The notes beneath the pieces were generated by a model. It made no database searches. It worked only from the letters and a program-made list of their open reading frames with translations, and was not told where the DNA came from. The translations under genes were made by a program, and so were the position numbers. This document shows, one piece after another, positions 1 to 9,045 of a stretch of DNA of 44,377 nt. Each line of letters begins with the position of its first letter. Position 1 is the stretch's first letter. The DNA comes from a virus (Duplodnaviria > Caudoviricetes), in IMG/VR virus record IMGVR_UViG_3300037461_000959, positions 1 to 44,377 of that record; one strand, written 5' to 3'.

Positions 1-126
1 CGCAAAGAAGAGAGGCAATGTCACCAGCAGCAAGATTGAGAAGTGACCCATTTGCTGCTGAGGCAAAAGCGCGATTTGGCAGAGCAAACCCAGCAGACTT
101 TACCGTAACAAAGGATGGGAAGATAC
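1..126. repeat. Terminal direct repeat, copy 1 (circular assembly overlap)
   Basis: 1-126 is identical to 44232-44357. Confidence 0.97.
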
Positions 127-2525
127 AGTTTGCACAAGCACCAGCTAACGCCACAACCATTCCAAAAACACCATTACTGGAATCGAAGCCAATCCAAAGT
201 ACACCAAGTAAAATATCCAATCCTGCAGTTTCTCATACCAATCAGCCATCTCCTATTAGTGTAGCACAACCGTCAATTGACCCGGTGCAAAAGATTGTCC
301 AAGCACTTAAAGAGGCCAAACCACTTAGAGGCGCACAAGAGGCAATGTATCGTAAGGCGAGAAGCCAGAAATATGCCAAGATGATGGGCACAAGGGAAAG
401 AATTGGTGGAGAAAAGGGATTTTTCGCTGAGAAAGGCGCATTGAAAGGGGAACTTCCCAAAGCACAATTTGAAAGCCTGAGGCAGTCTTTAACACAGCCA
501 GACATAGATACCTTATTTAACAAAGCCAACGATGCTAATTTGGGAGAGTGGGAAAAGCTGACCGTTAAGACCGGATTATCTAAGGTGCTTGAGGGAGCAA
601 TCCCAACTAGGAATGAGATCAAATTACTTGATGAAGTTTATGGGCCAGAGTTTACCAAAGCCTTGTTGGATAAAAGATCATTCATGCAAAAGGCGATGGC
701 AACGTTGGGGGATGTGTTGAATATTCCTAAAACTCTTATGTCGAGTATCGATCTATCGGCACCATTAAGACAGGGAGTATTCCTTGTTGGCAGACCAAAA
801 CAATGGGTTCCAGCATTCGGCGAAATGATCAAGAGCTTCAGTAGTCAAAAAGCCTATCAGTCAGTTATGGATGAAATATCCTCAAGACCCACCTATAAAA
901 TTATGCGGGAAAATAAACTAGCCCTAACCCAAGCCAATTCAAAACTTGCCCAAGGAGAAGAGGCTTTTATGTCTAATGTGGCCGAAAGAATACCGGGAAT
1001 TGGTCATTTGGTCAAGGCATCAGAAAGGGCTTATACTGGATTTCTTAATAAGATTAGGGCCGATGTTTTTGATGATATAGTGAGAAGTGGACAGAATATT
1101 GGTTTGGGTGATGATCCGGCCTTTCTTAAAAGCGCGGCAGACTTTGTCAACGCAGCTACTGGGAGAGGCAATCTTCCAAGTGGTGTTGAGGGAGCTGCCC
1201 AAGCCCTTAATGGCCTATTTTTCTCACCTCGTCTTATGGCTTCCAGGTTAACGCTCTTAAATCCGGTCTCATATGTGAGAATGCAACCACAGGTAAGAAA
1301 AGAAGCACTCAAGTCATTGTTTACCTTTGCAGGGACTGGATTAACCGTTCTGGGTTTAGCTAAATTGGCCGGTGCTGATGTAGAGAATGACCCAAGAAGT
1401 GCTGATTTCGGAAAAATAAAGATTGGCAATACTCGGTATGACATTTGGGGCGGATTTCAGCAGTATATTCGTGCAGCCGCCCAAATGATTACTGGCCAGA
1501 AAATAAATACCGTTACTGGGCAACTCCAGACTCTCGGGGAGAATTATCGATCACCTACAAGGAAAGATATTTTAACAAGTTTCCTGGAATCAAAAGAGGC
1601 ACCAATCGCCGCCTTTGTAACCAAACTGTTTGAGGGAAAGGATCCAGCAGGAAATCCATATAATATTCCAGCAGAACTACTTAGCACTATCATCCCCATG
1701 TCAATTCAGGATATGTACGACCTGCAAAAAGAGTGGGGTCCAAAAGGATATCTAATGGGCATTCCTGGGTTGTTTGGGGTTGGTTCCCAGACTTATGGGA
1801 AACAGATACCAACCATAGGGACAACTGAAGCGGGTAATCCAACAATTAAATTGAAACCAATTCCAGGGATGGCGGAGGATATTGTTAATAAGATAACTGG
1901 TACTCCAGTGAGCAATATTCCTCAAGAACAACAACAACAGTTTATTGATGCTAAAAAGAAAGAACAAGATTTATCTATATTACGAAAGAATATTAAGATT
2001 GGGGGCGTGACTGGAGAGGCAAAGCCAACCACATACACAATAGACGGGACAGACTATGATGGTTACGAATTGAACGGGAAATTTGTTTACGTTAACGAAG
2101 ATGGGGAAACCAAAACAAAGAGCGTGAGTAGTTTAGAAAAAGACAGGGCAAAAGACGAAAAAGGCCTTTTCGAAGCTAAATACTCCTTAGTTTCCGACAG
2201 GCTTAAACGGGCTGAAGACTATCAAACCTGGAATACCACCACCCAAGCCTATGTTGACTACCTTACAGATTACAAAACTAAACTAGACGAGAACAAGGAC
2301 GCCAAAGAACTGATTACCGTCCAAAATAAGATCGAGGATCTACAAGACACCCTGAATAAATACAAAAGCTATGGTGGGTTTTCCAAACCAAAGAAACCTA
2401 AGAAAGTTGCCCTTAAAATCAAACCCATCAAAGTCTCCATCCCCAAAGCCAAGAAGATCAAAGTGAAGAAGGTCAGGCGTAAGCGCCGACCAGTGGCTAA
2501 GATCAAAGTGAAGAAGGTAGTTTGA
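1..2525 (+). CDS. C-terminal part of a large virion ejection/polyvalent protein; the ORF starts at 43331 and crosses the junction (about 1141 aa)
   Basis: ORF 18..2525 is in frame with the open frame from GTG 43331 through the terminal repeat; lies after the nozzle and coiled-coil genes; Lys-rich C-terminus. Confidence 0.75.
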   Translation, partial: QRREAMSPAARLRSDPFAAEAKARFGRANPADFTVTKDGKIQFAQAPANATTIPKTPLLESKPIQSTPSKISNPAVSHTNQPSPISVAQPSIDPVQKIVQALKEAKPLRGAQEAMYRKARSQKYAKMMGTRERIGGEKGFFAEKGALKGELPKAQFESLRQSLTQPDIDTLFNKANDANLGEWEKLTVKTGLSKVLEGAIPTRNEIKLLDEVYGPEFTKALLDKRSFMQKAMATLGDVLNIPKTLMSSIDLSAPLRQGVFLVGRPKQWVPAFGEMIKSFSSQKAYQSVMDEISSRPTYKIMRENKLALTQANSKLAQGEEAFMSNVAERIPGIGHLVKASERAYTGFLNKIRADVFDDIVRSGQNIGLGDDPAFLKSAADFVNAATGRGNLPSGVEGAAQALNGLFFSPRLMASRLTLLNPVSYVRMQPQVRKEALKSLFTFAGTGLTVLGLAKLAGADVENDPRSADFGKIKIGNTRYDIWGGFQQYIRAAAQMITGQKINTVTGQLQTLGENYRSPTRKDILTSFLESKEAPIAAFVTKLFEGKDPAGNPYNIPAELLSTIIPMSIQDMYDLQKEWGPKGYLMGIPGLFGVGSQTYGKQIPTIGTTEAGNPTIKLKPIPGMAEDIVNKITGTPVSNIPQEQQQQFIDAKKKEQDLSILRKNIKIGGVTGEAKPTTYTIDGTDYDGYELNGKFVYVNEDGETKTKSVSSLEKDRAKDEKGLFEAKYSLVSDRLKRAEDYQTWNTTTQAYVDYLTDYKTKLDENKDAKELITVQNKIEDLQDTLNKYKSYGGFSKPKKPKKVALKIKPIKVSIPKAKKIKVKKVRRKRRPVAKIKVKKVV

Positions 2526-2609
2526 CTGTAAACCGAATACCGTTAAACTAACCTCAGCAACCTATTCTAGTAAATAACTAGCAAGGCACCTGAAAATGGT
2601 GTCTTTTTT
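2522..2609 (+). promoter_or_regulatory. Late cassette copy 1: promoter, small hairpin, terminator
   Basis: TTGACT(GTA)-16 bp-TAAACT; CTAGT-AAATA-ACTAG; CA; AGGCACC-TGAAAAT-GGTGTCT-TTTTT. Confidence 0.8.
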
Positions 2610-2626
2610 GTATTAAAGGAGAAATT

Positions 2627-3595
2627 ATGGCCGCACCCAATCTTAAAAAAGTCCAGGGAAACAGCGCTTCAACCACCCTATCATCAGGTTTAGCCAGCGA
2701 TGGTACCAGCGCCCCCCTGACTTCAGATACCAACTTTGCCGGTGAGGGGATGGTCATCATGTCTGAAGGCGAGATTGTTGAAGAATATGCCTACGCTACG
2801 ACTAAAGGCGGTGGAGCCCTAACTGTTCCCATAGCTAATCGTGGACTAGAAGGCGGATCAGCTCAAACCCATCCCTCAGGAGCCACTATCAAGGGTGTCT
2901 TAACCGCTGATATGTGGAACGATGTCATTGATAACATCTTGGTTGGCCATAACGACGACGGCACTCACGATTTCGCTATCGTTTACGATGCCAATACCAA
3001 CGAAACCCTCAAACTTGGTTCAACCGCTTCAGCCGTTAATGAAATTACGATTACCAACGCCGCTACTGGCGCATTTCCCACTATCTCAGCTACCGGAGAA
3101 GCAGACACAGGCATAGATTTTGAGAACTCAGAGGGCGAGGAGATTCTTAAACTGGATGCAGCGGCAACCGCAGTTAACGAGATTACTATAACCAATGCAG
3201 CCACTACAGCCGGACCAGTTATTGAAGCTACCGGGGGTGATTCAAGCATAGCCCCAACCTTTAAAGGAAAGGCTGCATTTCCTAGGGTTTCTGGAATAAA
3301 GGATTTAGGAACAGTCGGAGCTACTGAAACAGTAAATTGGGCTAGTGGCGACCGCCAGAAAATGACTTTAGACGAAAACCTAACCATTACCTTCTCCAAC
3401 GCCTCAGAAGGACAAACACTTACCCTTTACATGCTTCAAGATGGTTCGGGATCCAACACAATCACGTTCTCTGACACTATCACTTGGGCGGATAACACCA
3501 CCCCATCTTGGACGACGACAGCCTCGAAAATGAACATCGCTGTTATTACTTATGTAGGGAGTGCTTATTACGGAGTCGGTAATAAGTTCGCATAA
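2627..3595 (+). CDS. Tail fibre/virion structural protein
   Basis: 322 aa, Gly/Thr/Ala-rich; internal repeat AVNEITITNAAT; C-terminal LQDGSGSNTITF..ITW motif typical of fibre tips; SD AAGGAG. Confidence 0.65.
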   Translation: MAAPNLKKVQGNSASTTLSSGLASDGTSAPLTSDTNFAGEGMVIMSEGEIVEEYAYATTKGGGALTVPIANRGLEGGSAQTHPSGATIKGVLTADMWNDVIDNILVGHNDDGTHDFAIVYDANTNETLKLGSTASAVNEITITNAATGAFPTISATGEADTGIDFENSEGEEILKLDAAATAVNEITITNAATTAGPVIEATGGDSSIAPTFKGKAAFPRVSGIKDLGTVGATETVNWASGDRQKMTLDENLTITFSNASEGQTLTLYMLQDGSGSNTITFSDTITWADNTTPSWTTTASKMNIAVITYVGSAYYGVGNKFA

Positions 3596-3597
3596 AT

Positions 3598-4254
3598 ATG
3601 GCAATTTCAGCAACACACCTGGTTACTGCGAATGATGATGTTGATCGGTCAAGTTACACTACGGCATCAATTAGTCCGTCTGCAAATAAACTAATTCTAA
3701 TTGCGGTCGCCTCGAGCGGAACACCATCAAGCGTTACTGGAAATGGATTGACGTGGACTAGCGTAACCTCAAAAACGCAATCGTCTTGGACGATAAACGT
3801 CTATCGGGCATTATCAACAACTACACCAACCCCAGGAGCGGTCACATTTGGTTTTTCAGGAACAATGAATCAATGCGCCTGGAGTATTAATGAGTTCTCA
3901 AATGTTGACATTGGTGGAACAAACGGAGCCAATGCGGTCGTTCAATCAGCTTCTAACAGTAATAGCGGAAGTCAAACCGGATTAACAGTTACCTTAAGCG
4001 CTTTCTCAGGCGCATCAAACGCAACCTATGGGGCAATATTCTCCGTTTTGGCGGGGGCCTACACTGAGGGCAGTGGATTTAGTCAGTTAGGGGAAGCAAA
4101 TACCGGAGAAATATCCATTGGTACTGAGTTCAAAGACTCAAACGACACGTCGGTCGATTGGACTTGGGGTAGCCGCTCAAGTGATAACGGGGCTATTGCT
4201 GTTGAGATCAAACATATTTCGATAGCCAATTGTCTTTATTACCAGCAAATATAG
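3598..4254 (+). CDS. Virion/tail-associated beta-rich protein
   Basis: 218 aa, Ser/Thr-rich; similar in character to the N-terminal domain of 34233..37148. Confidence 0.55.
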   Translation: MAISATHLVTANDDVDRSSYTTASISPSANKLILIAVASSGTPSSVTGNGLTWTSVTSKTQSSWTINVYRALSTTTPTPGAVTFGFSGTMNQCAWSINEFSNVDIGGTNGANAVVQSASNSNSGSQTGLTVTLSAFSGASNATYGAIFSVLAGAYTEGSGFSQLGEANTGEISIGTEFKDSNDTSVDWTWGSRSSDNGAIAVEIKHISIANCLYYQQI

Positions 4255-4262
4255 GAGTCAAT

Positions 4263-4376
4263 ACGCCATTCCGCAGTATTAAACAACGTAAGTTCATGTT
4301 TGCAAAACGCCCCAAAATAGCCAAAAAATGGGCTAAAAAATATGGCAGCAAAATCGACAAAGAGAAAAAGAAATGA
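4263..4376 (+). CDS. Small basic phage protein (M)PFRSIKQRKFMFAKRPKIAKKWAKKYG, apparent ACG start
   Basis: SD AGGAG at 4253-4257, ACG at 4263, 37 codons to TGA; resembles the common MPF.S.KQR..M phage peptides; absent from the ORF track. Confidence 0.7.
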   Translation, partial: TPFRSIKQRKFMFAKRPKIAKKWAKKYGSKIDKEKKK

Positions 4377-4377
4377 T

Positions 4378-4605
4378 ATGGCAAATGGGAAGATAGACCT
4401 GGCGGTTATCAATACCAAGCTGGAGTATATTCAGTCGGATATCAACGAGATAAAAAAGACGCTGGATAAGATGAACGACTTAGCTGACGACCATTCGGGG
4501 CGCATTTCTTCCCTTGAGACCCAAACAAAGAACATGGGTATATTCCAAGCCTCGTTCACGGCCATCGCCGCTTCAATTGCTGCCTGGTTAGGAAGGAGTA
4601 ACTAA
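4378..4605 (+). CDS. Coiled-coil protein with C-terminal TM segment (lysis module, holin-like)
   Basis: Likely start MANGKIDL at 4378; heptad region followed by a hydrophobic tail. Confidence 0.55.
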   Translation: MANGKIDLAVINTKLEYIQSDINEIKKTLDKMNDLADDHSGRISSLETQTKNMGIFQASFTAIAASIAAWLGRSN

Positions 4606-4606
4606 T

Positions 4607-4870
4607 ATGCAACCAAACCTTCTTGCCTATATCAGGGTCTTTGAATATGTCTTAGTTATTATTGCCGCCATGTTCCTTATCAAAAAAACCCCCAATTGTG
4701 TGATCTGTGTCGCCAATGTCCTAATTGCTGCCTTCCTTTGCTATAACGCCATCCAATATATCAATGGCGTGCCCAACTCTCCGTCCTTCCAATGGGCCAT
4801 CACTATATTTGTAGGACTCTGGGCCTTGGCTCATATCATTGAATTATCTAGAGGGAAAAATATACAATAA
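4607..4870 (+). CDS. Small 3-TM membrane protein (holin candidate)
   Basis: Three hydrophobic stretches; SD AAGGAG; upstream of the endolysin. Confidence 0.55.
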   Translation: MQPNLLAYIRVFEYVLVIIAAMFLIKKTPNCVICVANVLIAAFLCYNAIQYINGVPNSPSFQWAITIFVGLWALAHIIELSRGKNIQ

Positions 4871-4872
4871 GT

Positions 4873-5037
4873 ATGCAGGTACTTTTACTGTTAGCCATCA
4901 TCATTATTGTCGAACGCATCACCCACAAATCAGTGCTGGAAATGGTGACCTGGGTGCTCAAGAAAATCTGGGGGGTAATTGAGTGGTTCATTCTATTCTT
5001 TACCAGGATGAATGAGCCGCGAGGGAAAAAGTCGTAA
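4873..5037 (+). CDS. Small membrane protein (54 aa)
   Basis: MQVLLLLAIIIIVERITHK...; fills the gap between neighbouring genes exactly. Confidence 0.6.
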   Translation: MQVLLLLAIIIIVERITHKSVLEMVTWVLKKIWGVIEWFILFFTRMNEPRGKKS

Positions 5038-5039
5038 AT

Positions 5040-5882
5040 ATGAGATGGCCACTTAAAAATGTTTACATCACTCAACCTTGGGGAGCCAACCCCGATATCT
5101 ATAAACGATTTGGACTTCTGGGCCACAATGGCCTTGATCTGCGTGCTCCTATGGGTACTGAGGTATTTGCGCCGCACGATGGAGTGATTAAAGAGAAACG
5201 GCTTGATGCTGATGGGTACGGGAACTATATCAAGATAGAAAGTGACAAAGAAGGTTCGGTACTTGGTCACTTAAAAGATTTCAACGTCAACATTAACCAA
5301 CAAGTCAAAGAGGGTGATTTGGTGGGGTGGGCTGATAATACCGGCTTTTCCACCGGTTCTCACCTCCATTGGGGTTATTACAAAATACCCAGAAACCGGG
5401 ATGACGGGTATCTGGGATATATCAATCAAGAACCGTTATTAAAGGAGAATATGGCAGATACAGTTGCAGTCCCAACGAAAGACTTTGAAAACCTGGTTAA
5501 GAAATCGACTTACTGGGATGGTGTTGCTTCTGATTTATCGGTAGGAGACCTGGAGGGGTATAGGAGTGTGGTGGGAGGGTTTAAGTCTCGGATTACTACC
5601 CTTACCAATGACTTGGGTACAGCCCAGGCGGAAGTGAAGAACCGAGAAGAGCAGGTTAGCAGACTAAAGGATGAAGTGATTGCACTGGAAATTAAGCTAA
5701 AAGAACGGACAGACCAGGTCAATCAGTTCGCCCGAGAGAAGGGCGAATTAGCCGTCCAGGTGGAACAGTTGAAGGTGCAGGTGGAGACCCTCAAACAACA
5801 GCAGACGCAGGGAGAAGTGACCCTTACCATCAAAGAATTGTTCTATCTTATCTGGAACCAGAAGATAACAATTAAAAAGTAG
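5040..5882 (+). CDS. M23 peptidase endolysin with C-terminal coiled coil
   Basis: HNGLD (HxxxD), GYGNY and STGSHLHW (HxH) M23 motifs. Confidence 0.88.
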   Translation: MRWPLKNVYITQPWGANPDIYKRFGLLGHNGLDLRAPMGTEVFAPHDGVIKEKRLDADGYGNYIKIESDKEGSVLGHLKDFNVNINQQVKEGDLVGWADNTGFSTGSHLHWGYYKIPRNRDDGYLGYINQEPLLKENMADTVAVPTKDFENLVKKSTYWDGVASDLSVGDLEGYRSVVGGFKSRITTLTNDLGTAQAEVKNREEQVSRLKDEVIALEIKLKERTDQVNQFAREKGELAVQVEQLKVQVETLKQQQTQGEVTLTIKELFYLIWNQKITIKK

Positions 5883-5889
5883 GAGGTCT

Positions 5890-6096
5890 ATGACTTCAAC
5901 TAGATGGTCAATTAGCAAAGATCAATGGGCCAGTATCGGGAAATCCCTTTGGAAGTACACCGCACCTTTAGTCTTAGTATTCTTAATTTCCATTCAAAAC
6001 GGAGCCTCACCCAAAGATGCGGCTATTGTTCTTTATGGGGCGGCTTTACAGCTTGTTATAAACATTGTCAGTAAATTTGTAACCGAGACCAAATGA
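5890..6096 (+). CDS. Holin-like 2-TM protein
   Basis: Two hydrophobic helices; SD AGGAGG; directly after the endolysin. Confidence 0.6.
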   Translation: MTSTRWSISKDQWASIGKSLWKYTAPLVLVFLISIQNGASPKDAAIVLYGAALQLVINIVSKFVTETK

Positions 6097-6344
6097 CCGA
6101 AGAATTTGACGAAGCCGTATACGCCCACATCAGAGCTAGTGAGCGCTACCAGTCAGTCATGGAACTATTGAGTGGTATGGCTGAGGACGGCGATCAGGAA
6201 GCTATTGGAGCTGTGGCCCTCATTAATTCCTTTATTCCTCCGGAAAAGAATACCCCAGGACCGCCTGTTGGGAAACCGCAAGAAGTACCCCCCATCAGGC
6301 AGCCGGAGGTACTAAAAAAACATATCAAAAAATCAGGAAAATAG
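6093..6344 (+). CDS. Hypothetical protein
   Basis: 83-aa ORF overlapping the previous stop (ATGA). Confidence 0.55.
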   Translation: MTEEFDEAVYAHIRASERYQSVMELLSGMAEDGDQEAIGAVALINSFIPPEKNTPGPPVGKPQEVPPIRQPEVLKKHIKKSGK

Positions 6345-6360
6345 GGACCTTGGCTATTTT

Positions 6361-7374
6361 CTAAGGTAACGCCACCACCAGGATATTATTTAAAGCACTC
6401 CCGTAAAACTCTATAAATATTCCACCTGATTCGGGGATATCATTGTTGAAGTCGCTTGAAACAACCTCTTGTCCGTCCAACACCACCGTATAGTGATTCC
6501 CCTGTATTGTGATCACAGGAGCCAGGACCGTATCTGTTAGATAATCACATGATGACCATTCGTAAGCGGAGAGGAAAAACATGCCATTATATCTTACCCC
6601 GATTTTTGACCGTTTATTTTCGTCGGTACAGCCTTTCACAGTGATATTGGCAAATATCATGTAATTGACCCAACTATCATCTCCTACCGAAAGACCTAAA
6701 TATCCATCGTTTGATACAGCACCGTCGGCAACTATTGGCTGATCACCTAGTATGACCCATTCTGGAGATAACTGATCTGAATCAAACGAGTCCACAAACA
6801 GGACTGTCCCGGGAGGTTGGGATTCATGGTCACGAGGGGTAACGCCAAGATAGTAGCCTAGAAATCCAGAAAAACTATGTTCTAGTTGCACACCAACTAA
6901 AAAGAAGATAACAGTTAATAGAAGGATTCCTAAAACTAGGCTAATAGCTTCTCCACAACTAGGGCCACTCTGAGTTCTGGTAACTACTGGCTGTGGGGTT
7001 GGTTGAGAGGCCTCTGGTTGTTTCAGAGGCTCTGCTGGTTCCACTAAAATCGGATCAGGGGGATTGATGAATATTTCCGGCTCACCCGCTACCCTCTGAG
7101 CGGCCTGCTCTACTTCCCATTCTTCCCTCTTAAACACGTATTGGTAAGCCTCTGAATACTCTCTGACCACCCATTCCCGCTTGTTATCGACATCATCCGG
7201 CACTTCTAGCTTTTTAAAGATGGCGGTGAGGTTGGTTCTGATTCCACCCTCCCCTCTGTATAACTCTCTGGCTACGTCTATGACCTTGAAGTTTGGGTCT
7301 CTGAAAATGTAGTGCAATACCTCTGTTTCACTTTGGTTGAGGCTCTGAATCCGATCCGCTTTCTCCCCTGCCAT
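6361..7374 (-). CDS. Membrane-anchored transcription regulator: LuxR-like HTH, TM helix, extracytoplasmic beta-sandwich
   Basis: LNQSETEVL...DVARELYRGEGGIRTNLTAIFKKLEV (LuxR HTH pattern); Pro-rich linker; TM helix; LFVDSF..W...GD.SW.NY lectin-like domain; SD AGGAGG. Confidence 0.7.
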   Translation of the reverse strand: MAGEKADRIQSLNQSETEVLHYIFRDPNFKVIDVARELYRGEGGIRTNLTAIFKKLEVPDDVDNKREWVVREYSEAYQYVFKREEWEVEQAAQRVAGEPEIFINPPDPILVEPAEPLKQPEASQPTPQPVVTRTQSGPSCGEAISLVLGILLLTVIFFLVGVQLEHSFSGFLGYYLGVTPRDHESQPPGTVLFVDSFDSDQLSPEWVILGDQPIVADGAVSNDGYLGLSVGDDSWVNYMIFANITVKGCTDENKRSKIGVRYNGMFFLSAYEWSSCDYLTDTVLAPVITIQGNHYTVVLDGQEVVSSDFNNDIPESGGIFIEFYGSALNNILVVALP

Positions 7375-7430
7375 TTAAGACCTCCTTGATGATGTGAGAG
7401 GTATTGTCTTAAGAGGTAATACTTGAGTAA

Positions 7431-7459
7431 ATTATAGCCAGGAGGTGTCAAATGGACAA
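7431..7459 (-). promoter_or_regulatory. Sigma70-type promoter for the LuxR-TM gene
   Basis: Minus strand TTGTCC-17 bp-TATAAT, overlapping the RBS and start of the divergent operon. Confidence 0.55.
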
Positions 7460-7988
7460 GCAAAATGTGATTTTAAAAACACACGAATTGGAAGTGATCG
7501 GGATGGGGGGTATGGTTACCGCCCCTTGCCAGATCGGTGAGTGGTGGGTGATGCCCGCCGAACAGTACACCGGCACTATCCCACCGGAAATCCAGAAGAA
7601 GTGGGACAACTTCAAGGCGCTCAACATCCCGGTCCTTGGTTACCTCATCGCCGACGATATGCGTGAGGAACTCTTAAGGCGGGAAAAGGCAGCTGAAGAG
7701 GCCAGGGAACGGGAAGCCGAAGCCGAACGCCAGCGGAAGGCCGAGGAGTGGGAACGGCGCAAGGTGGCGTTTGAGAAGACAGCCAAGGAGGTGGCTGAAG
7801 TCAGCGGGAAGGTGCTGGTCGGGGCAGGCAAGGTGGTGGGGGCAGTGGCTGTTGGAGCTGTCGTAGTGGGCGGGACGATAGCAGCTGGAGTCCTCTATGC
7901 CGCCTTGGCCGCACTCAGTTTTGACCCGATCCTGATCGCCGTCATGCCTGATGGAAGGTGGGTATGTCTGGGTGCCTGGTGGGACTGA
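7452..7988 (+). CDS. Hypothetical membrane protein (coiled coil + TM)
   Basis: SD AGGAGG; charged helix, hydrophobic segment, DPIL...W.C C-terminus. Confidence 0.7.
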   Translation: MDKQNVILKTHELEVIGMGGMVTAPCQIGEWWVMPAEQYTGTIPPEIQKKWDNFKALNIPVLGYLIADDMREELLRREKAAEEAREREAEAERQRKAEEWERRKVAFEKTAKEVAEVSGKVLVGAGKVVGAVAVGAVVVGGTIAAGVLYAALAALSFDPILIAVMPDGRWVCLGAWWD

Positions 7989-8275
7989 TCTGGAACCTGA
8001 TGGTCGTTACCCTGATGGCCGTCCTCAGGGTGATCGGTGTCCTCATCATGCTGATGGTAACGGCAGTTGCCAGCCTGTTTGTGGGAGTAGATACGGCTAT
8101 CGACCGGATCTCTGGGAGTTGGATCGAACAGTCCACCAGCGGCGGCATCCCCATCGGCTATAACCCCGCAACCCGTGACGGGGTGAGAGCAGCGGCGGGG
8201 TTCATGCTGGTCATTGGCTGGTTACTCACCATCGGGTTTATCTATCTGGTCGTGTCGATGGTGGCAAACTCTTAG
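7964..8275 (+). CDS. Small 2-TM membrane protein
   Basis: Long hydrophobic segments; likely ATG at 7964. Confidence 0.6.
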   Translation: MSGCLVGLIWNLMVVTLMAVLRVIGVLIMLMVTAVASLFVGVDTAIDRISGSWIEQSTSGGIPIGYNPATRDGVRAAAGFMLVIGWLLTIGFIYLVVSMVANS

Positions 8276-8298
8276 GCGTATGATAATGGTGATGGGGA

Positions 8299-9045
8299 AT
8301 GACCGAGAACAAGGCTTATTCCCCATCCCTCAGGGAGCTGGATATGGGAGTGCAGACTCTATCACAAAAAAGGTATTTGGCAGCAGCTCAGTTGTTTCAT
8401 TGGGCAACCCAGGACCACTTTACCTTGTGGTTTACCGGCTCAACCAAACGATACCGACGCACTGAAGCGATCCTGCCCCGGCTGGTCAAAAAGGGACTAT
8501 TGGTCACCGCCAAGTCTGGTAAGAAATTAGTGTACGCCTGTCCCCGGCGTGTTCGGCATCCGGGGTTCTTCTCGAAAGTCGAACACGGCCTGGGCTGCAC
8601 CGAAGGCTTAGTCAGGTTCTGGTGGTCAGATATGCACGCTGAGATCATTGAGGAGCGCTACTTCTATGGTTGCGGCTCAGTGCCGGAATGGGGTTTGCGC
8701 TATAGCTCAGGGAAAATGATCCTATTTGAGTACTGTACTGCTGATAACTTCAGCCGCCCTTACGTGATGAACGGGAAACTGTCCGCCTACCGGCAGCACT
8801 TGGATACCATCAACCAGCGTTTCAAACGGGAAGGGATCATTATCTTTGTCTGTGACGTGCCTAGAGATAGGGTGCTGCGTTTTGTCATCAATAACAAACC
8901 CACCGGATTGCCCGTGTTCTTTACCGACATGGAGACATTTCAATCTGTGACAATTTGTCACGCATTGACCGCACCGATCTATATCTGGGGTGAGGACGGG
9001 TTAGCGTACCCACTGGTGAACCATGCTCAACCTCAAAACCCTTAG
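8299..9045 (+). CDS. Replication-relaxation (Replic_Relax)-like protein
   Basis: N-terminal wHTH-like region (LPRLVKKGLL); HGLGCTE, VPEW, FEYCT and KLSAY match the H..PD..E.D..KL..Y pattern in divergent form; coupled to a T4CP-like ATPase. Confidence 0.6.
   Translation: MTENKAYSPSLRELDMGVQTLSQKRYLAAAQLFHWATQDHFTLWFTGSTKRYRRTEAILPRLVKKGLLVTAKSGKKLVYACPRRVRHPGFFSKVEHGLGCTEGLVRFWWSDMHAEIIEERYFYGCGSVPEWGLRYSSGKMILFEYCTADNFSRPYVMNGKLSAYRQHLDTINQRFKREGIIIFVCDVPRDRVLRFVINNKPTGLPVFFTDMETFQSVTICHALTAPIYIWGEDGLAYPLVNHAQPQNP

Noticed and set aside
1-126. Biological direct terminal repeat (T7-like)
   Set aside because: It lies within a coding sequence, has a length typical of an assembler overlap and is followed by adapter sequence.
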